DNA of 64,000 nucleotides from Bacteroidia bacterium (GTDB lineage Bacteria > Bacteroidota > Bacteroidia > M30B66). The notes beneath the pieces are model-generated. The model made no database searches. It was not told the origin of the DNA and saw nothing but the letters and a program-made list of their open reading frames with translations. A program made the translations under genes and the position numbers. Position 1 is the first letter of the stretch; every line of letters begins with the position of its first letter. The DNA lies in contig OZ257142.1 in the NCBI GenBank assembly GCA_965279035.1, positions 384,001 to 448,000 of the forward strand, read 5' to 3'. This document shows positions 39,167 to 49,800 of the stretch, piece by piece.

Positions 39167-41437
39167 TTAAAGATTGTCGAAGTTTTCGTCTTGATTTTGT
39201 TGTGTGGCGTTTTGCTTGTATTCGGCGCAATTGATTTCTACATCCAACTTAGCAGGACGTTCAAAATCGCCACGTGAAATTTTGATTTTAGGATCTTTAT
39301 ACACACGTTGCATGTACAATCCCCAAATAGGTAAGGCCATATTTGCTCCTTGTCCGAGAGCGGTTGACCGGAAATGCGCCGCACGATCTTCACAGCCTAC
39401 CCAAACGCCCGTTACCAATTCGGGAGTTAAGCCCATAAACCAACCATCGGAATTGTTCTGTGTGGTACCGGTCTTACCGGCAATTGGATTTGTTAATCCG
39501 TAGCGTCCTCGTAAGCGTGTTGCTGTACCGCCTTCTACTACGCCTTTCATCAGCTCAATAACCAGATATGCCGTTTGTTCGTTCATAGCTTCGTCGGTTT
39601 GAGGGACGAAACTTTCGAGCACGTTTCCGTTTTTGTCTTCGATGCGGGTAATCCAAGTTGGCTCAATGTATACGCCCTTGTTTACGAAAGTGCTCATCGC
39701 TCCAACCATTTCGTAAACCGAAATATCGGCAGTTCCTAAGCAGATAGAAGGCACGGCGTCGATTGGACTTTTGATACCCATTCGTCGCACCATTTTGATA
39801 ACCGGTTGTACACCAAATTGCTTGATGAGGTAGGCTGAAACGCGGTTGATGGAGTAGGCTAGGGCAGAGCGCAAAGGAACCATAGCTCCTTCGAATTCCT
39901 TGCTTGAATTATCGGGACACCAAGGACCAGAAACAGTTGGGATACAGATGGGAATATTAGGAACTTGAGTACAAGGAGACCATCCTTCTTGCATGGCAAT
40001 GGCGTAAACAAAGGGTTTGAACGTAGATCCAACTTGGCGTTTTCCACTATAGACGTGGTCGTATTGGAAATACTTCTGATTGATTCCTCCTACCCAAGCT
40101 CGAACGTAACCGGTTTGAGGTTCTACCGACATCATTCCGGTTTGCAAAAAGAATTTGTGGTAGCGCACCGAATCCCAAGGCGACATAGTAACAGTAGAAT
40201 CGCCGTTCCAAGTAAAAATTTTCATCTTCACTTTGGTTTTGAATGCTTTTTCAATTTCAGCTTCGCTAGCACCTTCGTCTTTCATTCTGCGATAACGATC
40301 GCTTCGAGTCATACCCTGTCGGATAATCATTTTCGCCTTGGCTTCAGTAATATTATAGAAAGGAGCGGCTTTCATGCCTTTCCAGTGATTGAAAAATTCT
40401 TTTTGAAGTGACCGAAGATGTTCTTTTACCGCAGCTTCGGCATGCAGCTGCATACGCGAATTGATAGTAGTATAAATCTTGAGTCCGTCTTTGTAGAGAT
40501 TGTAATTGGTTCCGTCGGGCTTTTTATTCTTTTTGCACCAAACAGTCATTTGTTCTCGTAAAAATTCACGGAAATAAGTTCCAGAACCAGCAGTATGGCT
40601 TTCTGCCTGAAACTTAGACAGGTCGATAGGAAGAACTTTAAGAGAATCGTATGCTTCTTGACTCAGCTTTCCATAACGAACCATTTGATACATCACCACA
40701 TTCCGTCGTGTAAGCGAGCGTTCGTAATTACGAATAGGATTGTAATATGTAGGGCCTTTTAAAACACCAATGAGCGTTGCTGCATCTTGAATGCGAAGAG
40801 AATCGGTAGGAGTATCGAAAAACGTGTGGGCGGCGCTTTTCACTCCAAAAGCCTGATTACCAAAATCAACTGTATTAAGGTAAAGGGCAAGAATTTCTTC
40901 TTTAGTATAGTTGCGTTCGAGCTTGGTAGCGATGATCCATTCTTTGATTTTGCGGAATACCACCTGAATCTTGTTGAGGTCTTCGCGCGGGAACATGTTT
41001 TTGGCGAGTTGTTGCGTGATAGTTGAACCTCCTCCAGAATCGGAATCACCACCAATTACTGTTCGAACTAAAACGCGAAATAATGCACGAAGATCAATGC
41101 CTGAATGGTCGTAAAAGCGAGCATCTTCGGTTGCTACAAGGGCATTTACAAGATTTGGTGAGAGTTCGGAATAATGAACGTTACTCCGATTTTCGATGTA
41201 AAATTTTCCAAGAGTTTCTTGATCGGAGGAAATAATTTCAGAAGCTAGATTTGATCTTGGATTTGCTAAGTCTTCGATGGTAGGAAGAGATCCAAATAAA
41301 CCAATAGAAGTTAGAAAAACAATGAGAAAAAGAAAGGCAATCGGGCCTAAAACAGCTATCCATATCCAACGAATATAACGGGGGATTCCGGTCTTTTTTC
41401 CTTTGGGTTTTCCGGGTGATTTTGGAGTTGTTGCCAT
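39167..41437 (-). CDS. mrcA: Penicillin-binding protein 1A (GT51 plus transpeptidase)
   Basis: TEDARF, GGSTITQQLAKN, GSTFKP (SxxK), SIN (SxN), GKTGT. Confidence 0.93.
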   Translation of the reverse strand: MATTPKSPGKPKGKKTGIPRYIRWIWIAVLGPIAFLFLIVFLTSIGLFGSLPTIEDLANPRSNLASEIISSDQETLGKFYIENRSNVHYSELSPNLVNALVATEDARFYDHSGIDLRALFRVLVRTVIGGDSDSGGGSTITQQLAKNMFPREDLNKIQVVFRKIKEWIIATKLERNYTKEEILALYLNTVDFGNQAFGVKSAAHTFFDTPTDSLRIQDAATLIGVLKGPTYYNPIRNYERSLTRRNVVMYQMVRYGKLSQEAYDSLKVLPIDLSKFQAESHTAGSGTYFREFLREQMTVWCKKNKKPDGTNYNLYKDGLKIYTTINSRMQLHAEAAVKEHLRSLQKEFFNHWKGMKAAPFYNITEAKAKMIIRQGMTRSDRYRRMKDEGASEAEIEKAFKTKVKMKIFTWNGDSTVTMSPWDSVRYHKFFLQTGMMSVEPQTGYVRAWVGGINQKYFQYDHVYSGKRQVGSTFKPFVYAIAMQEGWSPCTQVPNIPICIPTVSGPWCPDNSSKEFEGAMVPLRSALAYSINRVSAYLIKQFGVQPVIKMVRRMGIKSPIDAVPSICLGTADISVYEMVGAMSTFVNKGVYIEPTWITRIEDKNGNVLESFVPQTDEAMNEQTAYLVIELMKGVVEGGTATRLRGRYGLTNPIAGKTGTTQNNSDGWFMGLTPELVTGVWVGCEDRAAHFRSTALGQGANMALPIWGLYMQRVYKDPKIKISRGDFERPAKLDVEINCAEYKQNATQQNQDENFDNL

Positions 41438-41478
41438 ATTCTGCGTAAATGTAAAAATAGAAAACGGCCTTTGTTATT

Positions 41479-41862
41479 TTACTTTTTCAAAAACAAGCGC
41501 ATTAAACTTATCGTTTCAACCAGTGTAAAAGCCAGATAATAAACTGCGTAAAGTATAATAAAGTGTACTGCGATTTTAGGAAATAGAAATCCTACAATCA
41601 GCATAATGAATAAATGAACGAACATTTTAAGTGCTTGAACACCCATAAATGCCGTCACAAAACGTTGAGGTCGACCTTCAATTGATCGAATGAGGAAGAA
41701 ATGAAGTGTGCAACTTAAAACAAAGAAAAAGGCAAGAGGCAGGTATCTAAAAGTGGGGTTTAAATTTAAGATTCCTTTAGATGCAAGAGTTCCAGCAATT
41801 GACGCACACAGAATGCTCAAGAAAAACGAAATCGAAACGTATCGTAAAAAACCTGCAGGCAT
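41479..41862 (-). CDS. Four-TM membrane protein, AtpI-like
   Basis: Four hydrophobic segments with the RF...FM....KM pattern; coupled to the upstream AtpZ-family gene. Confidence 0.55.
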   Translation of the reverse strand: MPAGFLRYVSISFFLSILCASIAGTLASKGILNLNPTFRYLPLAFFFVLSCTLHFFLIRSIEGRPQRFVTAFMGVQALKMFVHLFIMLIVGFLFPKIAVHFIILYAVYYLAFTLVETISLMRLFLKK

Positions 41863-42092
41863 TATCGTTTTGGAAGTGAATTAAATAACCAGAACATAGC
41901 TGCAACAATTCCTAGGATTGCTCCAGTAAGTGTTAAAAGGGGATACTGAAAATGCAAAGTATGATCTAACCAGTTTCCAAGCCATGTAAGCACTAAAATG
42001 GCTCCCATCATTTGGATTCCTAAACCAGCATAGCGACCGTAATCGTTAAGCGGTTTTTTCTTGAAGAGGTCTTTTTTCGGATTGGGCTCCAT
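41862..42092 (-). CDS. AtpZ/AtpI family protein
   Basis: YGRYAGLGIQM...WLGNWLD...P two-TM signature. Confidence 0.8.
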   Translation of the reverse strand: MEPNPKKDLFKKKPLNDYGRYAGLGIQMMGAILVLTWLGNWLDHTLHFQYPLLTLTGAILGIVAAMFWLFNSLPKR

Positions 42093-42471
42093 GCTTGGTG
42101 AAATCTTTTACGATACCACCCATGCTGCAAGCTCCGGTAAAATTAGCTCCCGGTTCAATTGCTAACTTGTTGGTGCTTATGTCGCCACTTAATTTTGCAG
42201 TAGCTTTTAAAGTAAGTTGCTCAGAAACAGTAACTTTTGCCTTAACTGTTCCAGAAATATCGGCATTTTGACAATTCAATTCTCCATCAATTAATCCGCT
42301 AGGACCAATAACAACTTTGCCTTTTGCTTGTAAATTTCCTTTGAGTGTACCATCAATACGAATATTACCATCGCAGATAATATCACCAGTAATCATTGTT
42401 CCAGACAAAATTTGATTTGTTCCGGAAACACTCAGTGTGTCAGAAGACTTAGAATCTTTGGAGTTGAACAT
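42046..42471 (-). CDS. Bactofilin (polymer-forming cytoskeletal protein)
   Basis: GTMITGDI...IRIDG.LKGNL...VVIGPSG.IDG...LAIEPGANFTG beta-helix repeats. Confidence 0.92.
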   Translation of the reverse strand: MFNSKDSKSSDTLSVSGTNQILSGTMITGDIICDGNIRIDGTLKGNLQAKGKVVIGPSGLIDGELNCQNADISGTVKAKVTVSEQLTLKATAKLSGDISTNKLAIEPGANFTGACSMGGIVKDFTKHGAQSEKRPLQEKTA

Positions 42472-42497
42472 CTTCGGGGCTTTTTACTTTGGGGCTT

Positions 42498-42505
42498 CAA
42501 AGATA
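42498..42505 (-). promoter_or_regulatory. Internal sigma-A -7 element for bactofilin-atpZ-atpI
   Basis: TATCTTTG on the minus strand, 27 nt upstream of the bactofilin ATG. Confidence 0.65.
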
Positions 42506-42538
42506 GAAAGAAATCTACAAGGAAGAAATCTATCGAAA

Positions 42539-45160
42539 TTATTGGTAAACCAACTTATAGAAATCAAGGTATTCCTTCACTTTTAAGTCCTTGATTAAGG
42601 TTTTATAGTTGGGTGCACTTATGATAAATGTTTCGGTAATATTAGGGTCGATGTTTAGGAAAACGGCATCATCATCATCTAAGCTCTTGGCATATTCATC
42701 GGCTTCTTTTTTATTGGGGAAGGCCTGAACTGTAGTCATTTGATAATTCGTTCCCAATAAGCTATTGGTTAAATTCAGATTTTTAAGTGAATAGAATTTT
42801 GTATTGAAATCGCTGAGATTAAATCGGAATGTATTGAGATCATACGTTACGCTTTCCACCAAAACAACGTAATAATGAACGGTATCAGCCCTGTAGTTAT
42901 AGGATTGAACAACAGCACTATCTCGATGAACTCCACCCTGAAAGTTACTTAAGCTTTTAAGTAATTCTGATGCCTTGGTTTTAACGGAATCATTTGGGAA
43001 GTTTTTTATAACAGAAAGCAAGCTTGTTTTAAATGCATCTACATCGGTTGTTTGTCCGGTTGCTAGTGCTTTTAACAAAGCAAATTTTGGAGCCAGTGCA
43101 TTTCCTTGATAACGAGTTTCGGAAGTTCGGCAGCGAGCAATGACTTCGGGGAATTGTTTTGCTTGATATAAGCGATACGTTTCCTCATAGAACTTCACTG
43201 CTTCGGATTTACTTAGGTTTTCGCGTTTAAAAAACTCAGGATCGGTAATAATTTTCGTGTATTCAGAATCTGGATATTTAGAAATCAATCGCTTTTTGTA
43301 TTCCTCAGCTTTAGCATTATCTGGAATTGCTAGGTAGATGCGATACAATTGATAAAAGATTGTTGCTTCGTTCGGATTGTTGGGATATTTAGAGAGAAAC
43401 TCTTCATACGTTTCGGCTGCTTTTTTCAAATCCCCCAAACGTTCTTTATAAATCAATCCTAAATCAAAAAACGCTTCCATCACCGAATCGGCATAAGCTA
43501 GAAGCATCGTATCATTTTTAGGAACCATCTTATCCAATTTCTTCCGGATAAGTGCAATGCTATCTTCTCGTGTTGGTTTGGGTTTTTCTTTTACTTCAAC
43601 AGCAACAGTATCCTCATCTGGATTTGTATTGGTTTGCAATACAGCCTGCTTATTTGACCTGCGCCAATTGTCCTCAAGTTTCCGATCACCCCATACCTTA
43701 CGAAACTCCGCAAACCCAAAGCTCATTGTTGAAGTATTATAGAAATACCAGGATCCGCTACCCGTCGTTCCTGGAGCATTGGAATCGGCTTTTCCAGAAG
43801 CGGCTAATTTTGCAGCTGCTTGTTCCTCTTTTTCTCTTTGCTTTTTACGAGCTTCTTCTTCTTTCTTAAATATCTCAACGGCTTTTTTGTCCAATTGATC
43901 TGGACTAAGTTTCGCCATTTGAATTAAGCTGTCGTATAATTCAATGATTTGATATTTTTTTACCAATTCTGCTAAGCTGTTCCGCTTTTCTTCAATGCGT
44001 TTATAATCCGGAAAGTCTTTGGTGAGTGATGTAACAGCACTATCATAATAAGCCGCCGAACTTCGATATTCTCGTTGATCAAAATATATCTCAGCTATAG
44101 CCAAATACGACATTCCTTTTTGGTTCGCATTGGTTGTGCTTTCCTGTACCGATGTTGTATATTGTTCTATCGCCTTTTTTTCGTTTCCTTCTTTTTCTTC
44201 CAACTCACCCAAAACGTAATAGATTTGATCTTTGAAATCAACGTTTTTCGGGTCTTTCAGCATTCGTGCAAGCAACAAACGAATCTCCGTGCTGTTCTTG
44301 TTTTCGGTATCAAAACATCGGGCAATATTGATGCGTGCATAAAACGACATCTCATACGTAGGATTCGACTTTAATACTTTGGAGTATGAATTCGTAGCCA
44401 AAGCAAGCTCTCCTGCTTTTTGGTAAAGCTGTCCTTGAATAAACAATAAACGAACACGTTGTTTTTTCTTTTTTATATACTTGAGCGCTTCTGAAACCGA
44501 CTCGAGCGCTTCTTTATAATGATTTTGTTTGAGGTGAAAATCTGTAATAGCGGTGTACAAATCTCCTTTGATGTTTTTGGGAAGCGCTTTGTCATTCAAC
44601 GAACGATCTAGTGAAGACTGCGCATCGCTAAACATTCCCAATTCACTGTAAGCACGACAAAGCCACAAATTTGCCCGGTGTTGAATTGGATCTTTCTTGT
44701 AGTTTTTAACCGGTTCACGTGCTACGTATGCAAACATCTCCAAACACGCATAATAATCACGTTTGTAAAACAAGGACTTGCCAATTAACATGTAACAATC
44801 GTCGATGTACTTGCAATATTCTTTTCCTTTAATCATCATCGAATGTTTACTGATGACGAAGGATGCTTTTTTAATGGCTTTGTCGGTTAGAGGAATGATG
44901 GTTTTAGAATCTTCCAATGTTCCGACTTCATACACGGGTAAAACCTTGAAGTAATTGTCAACATGTGCAACTTGCAACATGGCAACACCTTCTTTTAATG
45001 TTTCTTCACCATTAAAATATCCGTTGTATTTGGAGGTGATGTTATGAAATGTTCGATTTAGCCACTTGTTCTTTTTCGTAGAACAGCCCATCAATAGCCC
45101 AATACATAGCAGTGCTATGAATAAGGGAAATCTAGAAGGTATGTGTTTAATTGAAAACAA
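42539..45160 (-). CDS. sprE: T9SS TPR lipoprotein SprE/PorW
   Basis: Lipobox LMGC-STKKN, HNITSKYNGYFNG, TPR repeats, WYFYN...FRKVWGDRKLEDNWR; adjacent to bactofilin. Confidence 0.85.
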   Translation of the reverse strand: MFSIKHIPSRFPLFIALLCIGLLMGCSTKKNKWLNRTFHNITSKYNGYFNGEETLKEGVAMLQVAHVDNYFKVLPVYEVGTLEDSKTIIPLTDKAIKKASFVISKHSMMIKGKEYCKYIDDCYMLIGKSLFYKRDYYACLEMFAYVAREPVKNYKKDPIQHRANLWLCRAYSELGMFSDAQSSLDRSLNDKALPKNIKGDLYTAITDFHLKQNHYKEALESVSEALKYIKKKKQRVRLLFIQGQLYQKAGELALATNSYSKVLKSNPTYEMSFYARINIARCFDTENKNSTEIRLLLARMLKDPKNVDFKDQIYYVLGELEEKEGNEKKAIEQYTTSVQESTTNANQKGMSYLAIAEIYFDQREYRSSAAYYDSAVTSLTKDFPDYKRIEEKRNSLAELVKKYQIIELYDSLIQMAKLSPDQLDKKAVEIFKKEEEARKKQREKEEQAAAKLAASGKADSNAPGTTGSGSWYFYNTSTMSFGFAEFRKVWGDRKLEDNWRRSNKQAVLQTNTNPDEDTVAVEVKEKPKPTREDSIALIRKKLDKMVPKNDTMLLAYADSVMEAFFDLGLIYKERLGDLKKAAETYEEFLSKYPNNPNEATIFYQLYRIYLAIPDNAKAEEYKKRLISKYPDSEYTKIITDPEFFKRENLSKSEAVKFYEETYRLYQAKQFPEVIARCRTSETRYQGNALAPKFALLKALATGQTTDVDAFKTSLLSVIKNFPNDSVKTKASELLKSLSNFQGGVHRDSAVVQSYNYRADTVHYYVVLVESVTYDLNTFRFNLSDFNTKFYSLKNLNLTNSLLGTNYQMTTVQAFPNKKEADEYAKSLDDDDAVFLNIDPNITETFIISAPNYKTLIKDLKVKEYLDFYKLVYQ

Positions 45161-45199
45161 ATTCTGAATTTACTGAGCGGTTTATTAACTGCTGGAGCG

Positions 45200-45207
45200 C
45201 AAAATTA
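45200..45207 (-). promoter_or_regulatory. sigma-A -7 element for sprE
   Basis: TAATTTTG on the minus strand. Confidence 0.6.
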
Positions 45208-45286
45208 TTTTAATTTCCGCTATTTTAAAGATCATTCCACCCAGTTTCAAACAATCCGGGGTGAATTTCAGAACTTAGCCGCGGTC

Positions 45287-46165
45287 ATGGAACAAGTTAA
45301 AGATAGCCGCCGGAAGCAATTCATCCGGAAATTACGACATAAATACCGCCTGGTAGTCTTAAATGACGAGACGTTTGAGGAAAAGTACTCTCTCAAATTA
45401 TCTCAGCTAAATCTATTTACTGCCATTGGATTATTGTCGATTGTGTTGATCATTTTCACCACGTTTGTCATTGCATTTAGTCCACTTCGTGAATATATTC
45501 CAGGTTATTCGAGTGATGTTAAGATGCGAAGAAACTTAATTGTGCTTGCAGAGAAGGTCGATTCCTTAAAGAAATCATCGGAGGATAAAGATTTATTAAT
45601 CGAAGACATCCGTCAGATAACAACAGGTAAAATCAGCACAGGGGCGACCAAACCTCGCGAAAGTTCAAAGCCCGACTTGAATGCTGTTAAACTCACGCCA
45701 TCCGAAGAAGAGGCAAAATTTAGAAATCAGGTTGAAGATCAGGATCGATACAACTTGAATAATGCCATGAGCGATACACGCATGAGTGAGATTAGCAATT
45801 ATTATTTTTTCACTCCACTCAAAGGGAAAATCACAACCACATTCAATCCATCCTTAAAGCATTATGGAATTGATGTCGTGGCACCTAAGAACGAAGCGGT
45901 AAAATCAACATTAGATGGAACGGTAATCTTTGCCGGCTGGACAAGCGAAACGGGACATGTGATTCAAATTCAACATGCTAATAATTTGATTTCGATTTAC
46001 AAGCATAATTCGGTGCTTTTGAAAAAAGAAGGAGAAGAAGTTAAGGCAGGCGAAGTGGTTGCTATTACTGGAAATTCGGGAGAATTAACAACATCACCAC
46101 ACTTGCATTTTGAAATTTGGTATGATGGCAAACCGATAGATCCTCAGGAATTGATGGTTTTCTAA
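45287..46165 (+). CDS. Membrane-anchored M23 family peptidase
   Basis: N-terminal cytoplasmic segment, TM helix, coiled coil, HYGID, YKH and PHLHFE zinc motifs. Confidence 0.92.
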   Translation: MEQVKDSRRKQFIRKLRHKYRLVVLNDETFEEKYSLKLSQLNLFTAIGLLSIVLIIFTTFVIAFSPLREYIPGYSSDVKMRRNLIVLAEKVDSLKKSSEDKDLLIEDIRQITTGKISTGATKPRESSKPDLNAVKLTPSEEEAKFRNQVEDQDRYNLNNAMSDTRMSEISNYYFFTPLKGKITTTFNPSLKHYGIDVVAPKNEAVKSTLDGTVIFAGWTSETGHVIQIQHANNLISIYKHNSVLLKKEGEEVKAGEVVAITGNSGELTTSPHLHFEIWYDGKPIDPQELMVF

Positions 46166-46176
46166 ATCTATCTCAG

Positions 46177-46326
46177 ATGAAAAAAGAAATTTTAAAACAC
46201 CTGAAAAAGAAAACAAGAGATGCACTTGGTCCTGTTCCGCCTACCAAAGTGGAAGTTTCAGAAAAGGAATATAAACGCAAGCCGAAGCATAAAAAGAAAG
46301 TGGATCCAGAAACACATATAGATTGA
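46177..46326 (+). CDS. Unannotated 49-aa basic protein with an ArfA-like motif
   Basis: MKKEILKHLKKKTRDALGPVPPTKVEVSEKEYKRKPKHKKKVDPETHID; starts 11 nt after the M23 stop and fills the gap exactly; below the ORF-track size cutoff. Confidence 0.65.
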   Translation: MKKEILKHLKKKTRDALGPVPPTKVEVSEKEYKRKPKHKKKVDPETHID

Positions 46327-46329
46327 AGT

Positions 46330-46674
46330 TTATTCATGAATGGCGCTACGTTTCCATTCTTCAGGAAAAAAACGAAATAGCCAAATCAACATGGCAATCA
46401 ATCCTGAAAAGAAAAAGATCAAGCAATAATTTTTTATTCCTAGCAAAAAGAATTCATCACACATCCAAATTGAATTCGCTGAAATCCAACATGCGATTGC
46501 CAAATTGGGAAGAAATTCTTTAGCACTTTTTCGGGTTTTGTAGGCAAGATATAAAGCCAAACTCACGGTAGGGAAAATCATCATGATGCCCAAAGGCTTC
46601 CAGAACAAACACCAACAGGCGTCTTTAATTAACCAAAATGGGAGGTGTAGGTTTTCTAATAAACGGTTCCGCAT
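46330..46674 (-). CDS. Small membrane protein
   Basis: ENLHLPFWLIKDACW...NLAIACWISANSIWM with several TM segments. Start taken at MRNRLL (track start 46707). Confidence 0.65.
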   Translation of the reverse strand: MRNRLLENLHLPFWLIKDACWCLFWKPLGIMMIFPTVSLALYLAYKTRKSAKEFLPNLAIACWISANSIWMCDEFFLLGIKNYCLIFFFSGLIAMLIWLFRFFPEEWKRSAIHE

Positions 46675-46860
46675 TTCACAAAATAAAGGAGATTTTCTTT
46701 TATACATCAGGTTTTCAACAGTCAGGCTTTGACAAGTTTAATCTTACATGGTTAGGAAGCCTTCATCATTCAATAAAATTTGAGTAGGAATTTCCTCATT
46801 GTGATAAGATCTGAATTGGCGCTTATTATGAGGATTTTTCTGATTAAATACATGTTGCTT

Positions 46861-49800
46861 ATGACTGGAAAACGACCTGTTAACGAAGCATTTCCTCAAA
46901 AAAAACACTTAGGAAAATGGTGGAATGTAATTTTGCTTCTGCTTCTTTTTTCTTTTCAGGGTTTTTCTCAGGAAATCTGTAATAACGGAATCGATGATGA
47001 TGGAGACAACCTCGTTGATGTGTTCGATCCCGATTGTCCATGCGATGACCAAACGCTACTTTGTCAGCCAACATGCGAATATGCTGTTCCGGGTGGTGCT
47101 TTAAATTTCACTACGCAATGGTCAAGTTCCGATACTGTTCCTAATTATCAAACTCCCTTAGTTGCCGATATTGATAATGATGGCGTGCCCGAAGTCATCA
47201 TTATGGCAGCCAAGAACAATGTACTTTCAGACCCACGAAGGGCAAAAGATCTTTACATTATTAGTGGAAATACCGGAGCAACAGAATCTACAATCACGAC
47301 TCCATACATGGCTTGGGTTGGCCCCGATCCTTATGCTGTTGCCGATATAGATGGTGATGGTTTTGGAGAAATCATCATTGCCTCCATCGATCACTCCGAT
47401 AATGCCGCTAGCGACCGACGCTATTTGTTTTGCTACGAACATACTGGCGCGCTAAAATGGAAATCAAATGTTCAATATGGTTATGCGGGTGTTGCGCGCT
47501 TTGGAAGTTCTGTTGGAATCACCGATTTTAATTCGGACGGAGTTGCCGAAGTATACATTTATAACCAGATTTTCAATGCTGCAACAGGTGTTTTGCTTGT
47601 TGAAGGTGGCTCTGCAGGTGGAAAGGCAATTATGACGCAACAAAGTTGGGGCGATGTTGCGAATCCAGTTGCGGCTAATTTAACCACGCACTCAGGACTT
47701 GAGCTCGCTTGCGGGAACACCGTATATAATGTAACTATAACCAACACCAGTGGAACGGCAGGAAATACCATGTCGCCCATTGTTATTCCTGGACAAGCTG
47801 ATGGATATACTTCTTTAGCCGATATCGACTTAGATGGAAATCTTGATGTTGTTGTTGCTTCAGAAGGTTCAACAGCAAAAATTTATGTTTGGAATCCAGG
47901 TAATGGAACTCCTTCTTTATTAGCATCCATTTCTCTACCTAATACAGGTGGAAACTGGATCGGTGTTCCTTTTATTGGAGACATGGATAAAGATTGTCAA
48001 CCCGAAATTGGGGTTACACGATCGCGAAGGGTATATGCACTTGATTATAATGGAACATCAACCCTTAGCACCAAATGGACTTTAGTAACAACCGATGCAT
48101 CTGGTTTTACGGGAATTACCATGTTCGACTTCAACCAAGATGGTACTCAGGAATTGGTTTACCGGGATGAATCGACCTTACGTATTATTGATGGTAGTGG
48201 GAGTTCTCCAGTTACTGTTGGAACAAATCCATGTAGCTCCGGAACTGGTTCTGAAATGCCCGTTGTTGCCGATGTGGATGGTGATGGACAAGCCGAGATT
48301 TGTGTAAGCTGTGCCGTGAATGGAGTTTCTCTCGGTCGAGTAAATGTTTTCTCTTCCGTCGGACAAGCTTGGGCGCCCTGCCGGAGCATTTGGAATCAAT
48401 ACAGCTATTTCAATGTCAACATCAATACTAACCTGAGTATTCCGCTTCAACAACAACAACATCAGGTTTTGTTGAGTAATGTAACCTGTCCGTTTTTTAC
48501 CTGTAGCGAGAACCGACCATTTAATAGTTTCCTAACCCAGGCAACATTCTTAACACAGGAAGGCTGTCCGGTTTATCCAGCGTCCGATGTGGCTCTTTCG
48601 ATATTGAATAGTTCTTGTAATGGATCTGGAGAATATGATCTAACTCTCGAAATTGAAAATGTTGGAGCCGCTCCTTCCGATTCGGGTTATCCAATTCGCT
48701 TCTACGCAGGAAATCCGCTAACATCAGCTGCTACTCTCATACCCGTTTTGAGTGGACCGAATGCAACATCTCAAGCACTGAATCCTGGTGATACTGAATC
48801 AATTTCCTATTCGCTTGATATCGCAGCTTTACCTAAACCATTCAATCTGTTTGTCATTTTGAATGATGATGGATTGTTAACTGCACCATTTAGTTTTCCT
48901 CTAAGCACCTTACCCGAATGTAATTTTGCTGACAATGTCATATCCATTTCGAACATCGATTGTTGTCCTTTTGGTGATCTTGCTATAAGCGGTTTTTCTC
49001 CACCAACAGCCAGCTTTTGTGCTGGCGGATCTTCCGATTTATCTGTATTAGCAAGTAGTACTGTTGGTTTGAATTCGGCTGTTTACACTTGGACATTGCC
49101 CGATGCATCAGTTATAACGGGCGATACAATTCAAGCTGATCAAGGTGGAACCTATTCAGTTTCAGTAAAAGACGATGCACAATGTACCGTTTCATCAACA
49201 GTTGACATAACCGAAACTCCGCTACCAACAACGGCTGCCGCAGGAAATGATCAAACTATTTGTGAAGATAATACAGCCCTTGAAGGAAATATTCCTTCAG
49301 TAGGAAATGGTACTTGGACACTCATTAGTGGAACTGGAACAATCGTCAATTCAACATCAGCAACAAGTTCTGTAACAGGGATTTCCATTGGAACAAGTGT
49401 TTTCCGTTGGGCAATTCTCAATGGTACAGATTGCTTATCAGACGATACCGTTTCTATCACGCGAATTGATCCGCCAAGTAATGCTGTTGCTGGAGTAGAT
49501 CAATCGGTTTGTGTTGATGTTGTTACTCTTGGTGCTACTTTGCCTATTATTGGAACAGGTTCTTGGAGTTTGGTTTCTGGCGCTGGAACGATCACCGATG
49601 CATCTTCAATTTCTACAACGGTTACTGGACTAGCAGTTGGTGCCAATGTATTCCAATGGACCGTGAGCAATGGTGTTTGTCCTTCGAGCAACGATCAAGT
49701 TACCATTACGCGATTTGCCGTTCCGAGTATTGCAGATGCTGGTTCGAATCAAACAGTATGTATTCCAACGGCAAGTATGGGAGCTGCAACTTTAATTGTT

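Noticed and set aside
46323-46523. 66-aa plus-strand TTG ORF
   Set aside because: Antisense to the membrane protein gene; no supporting features.
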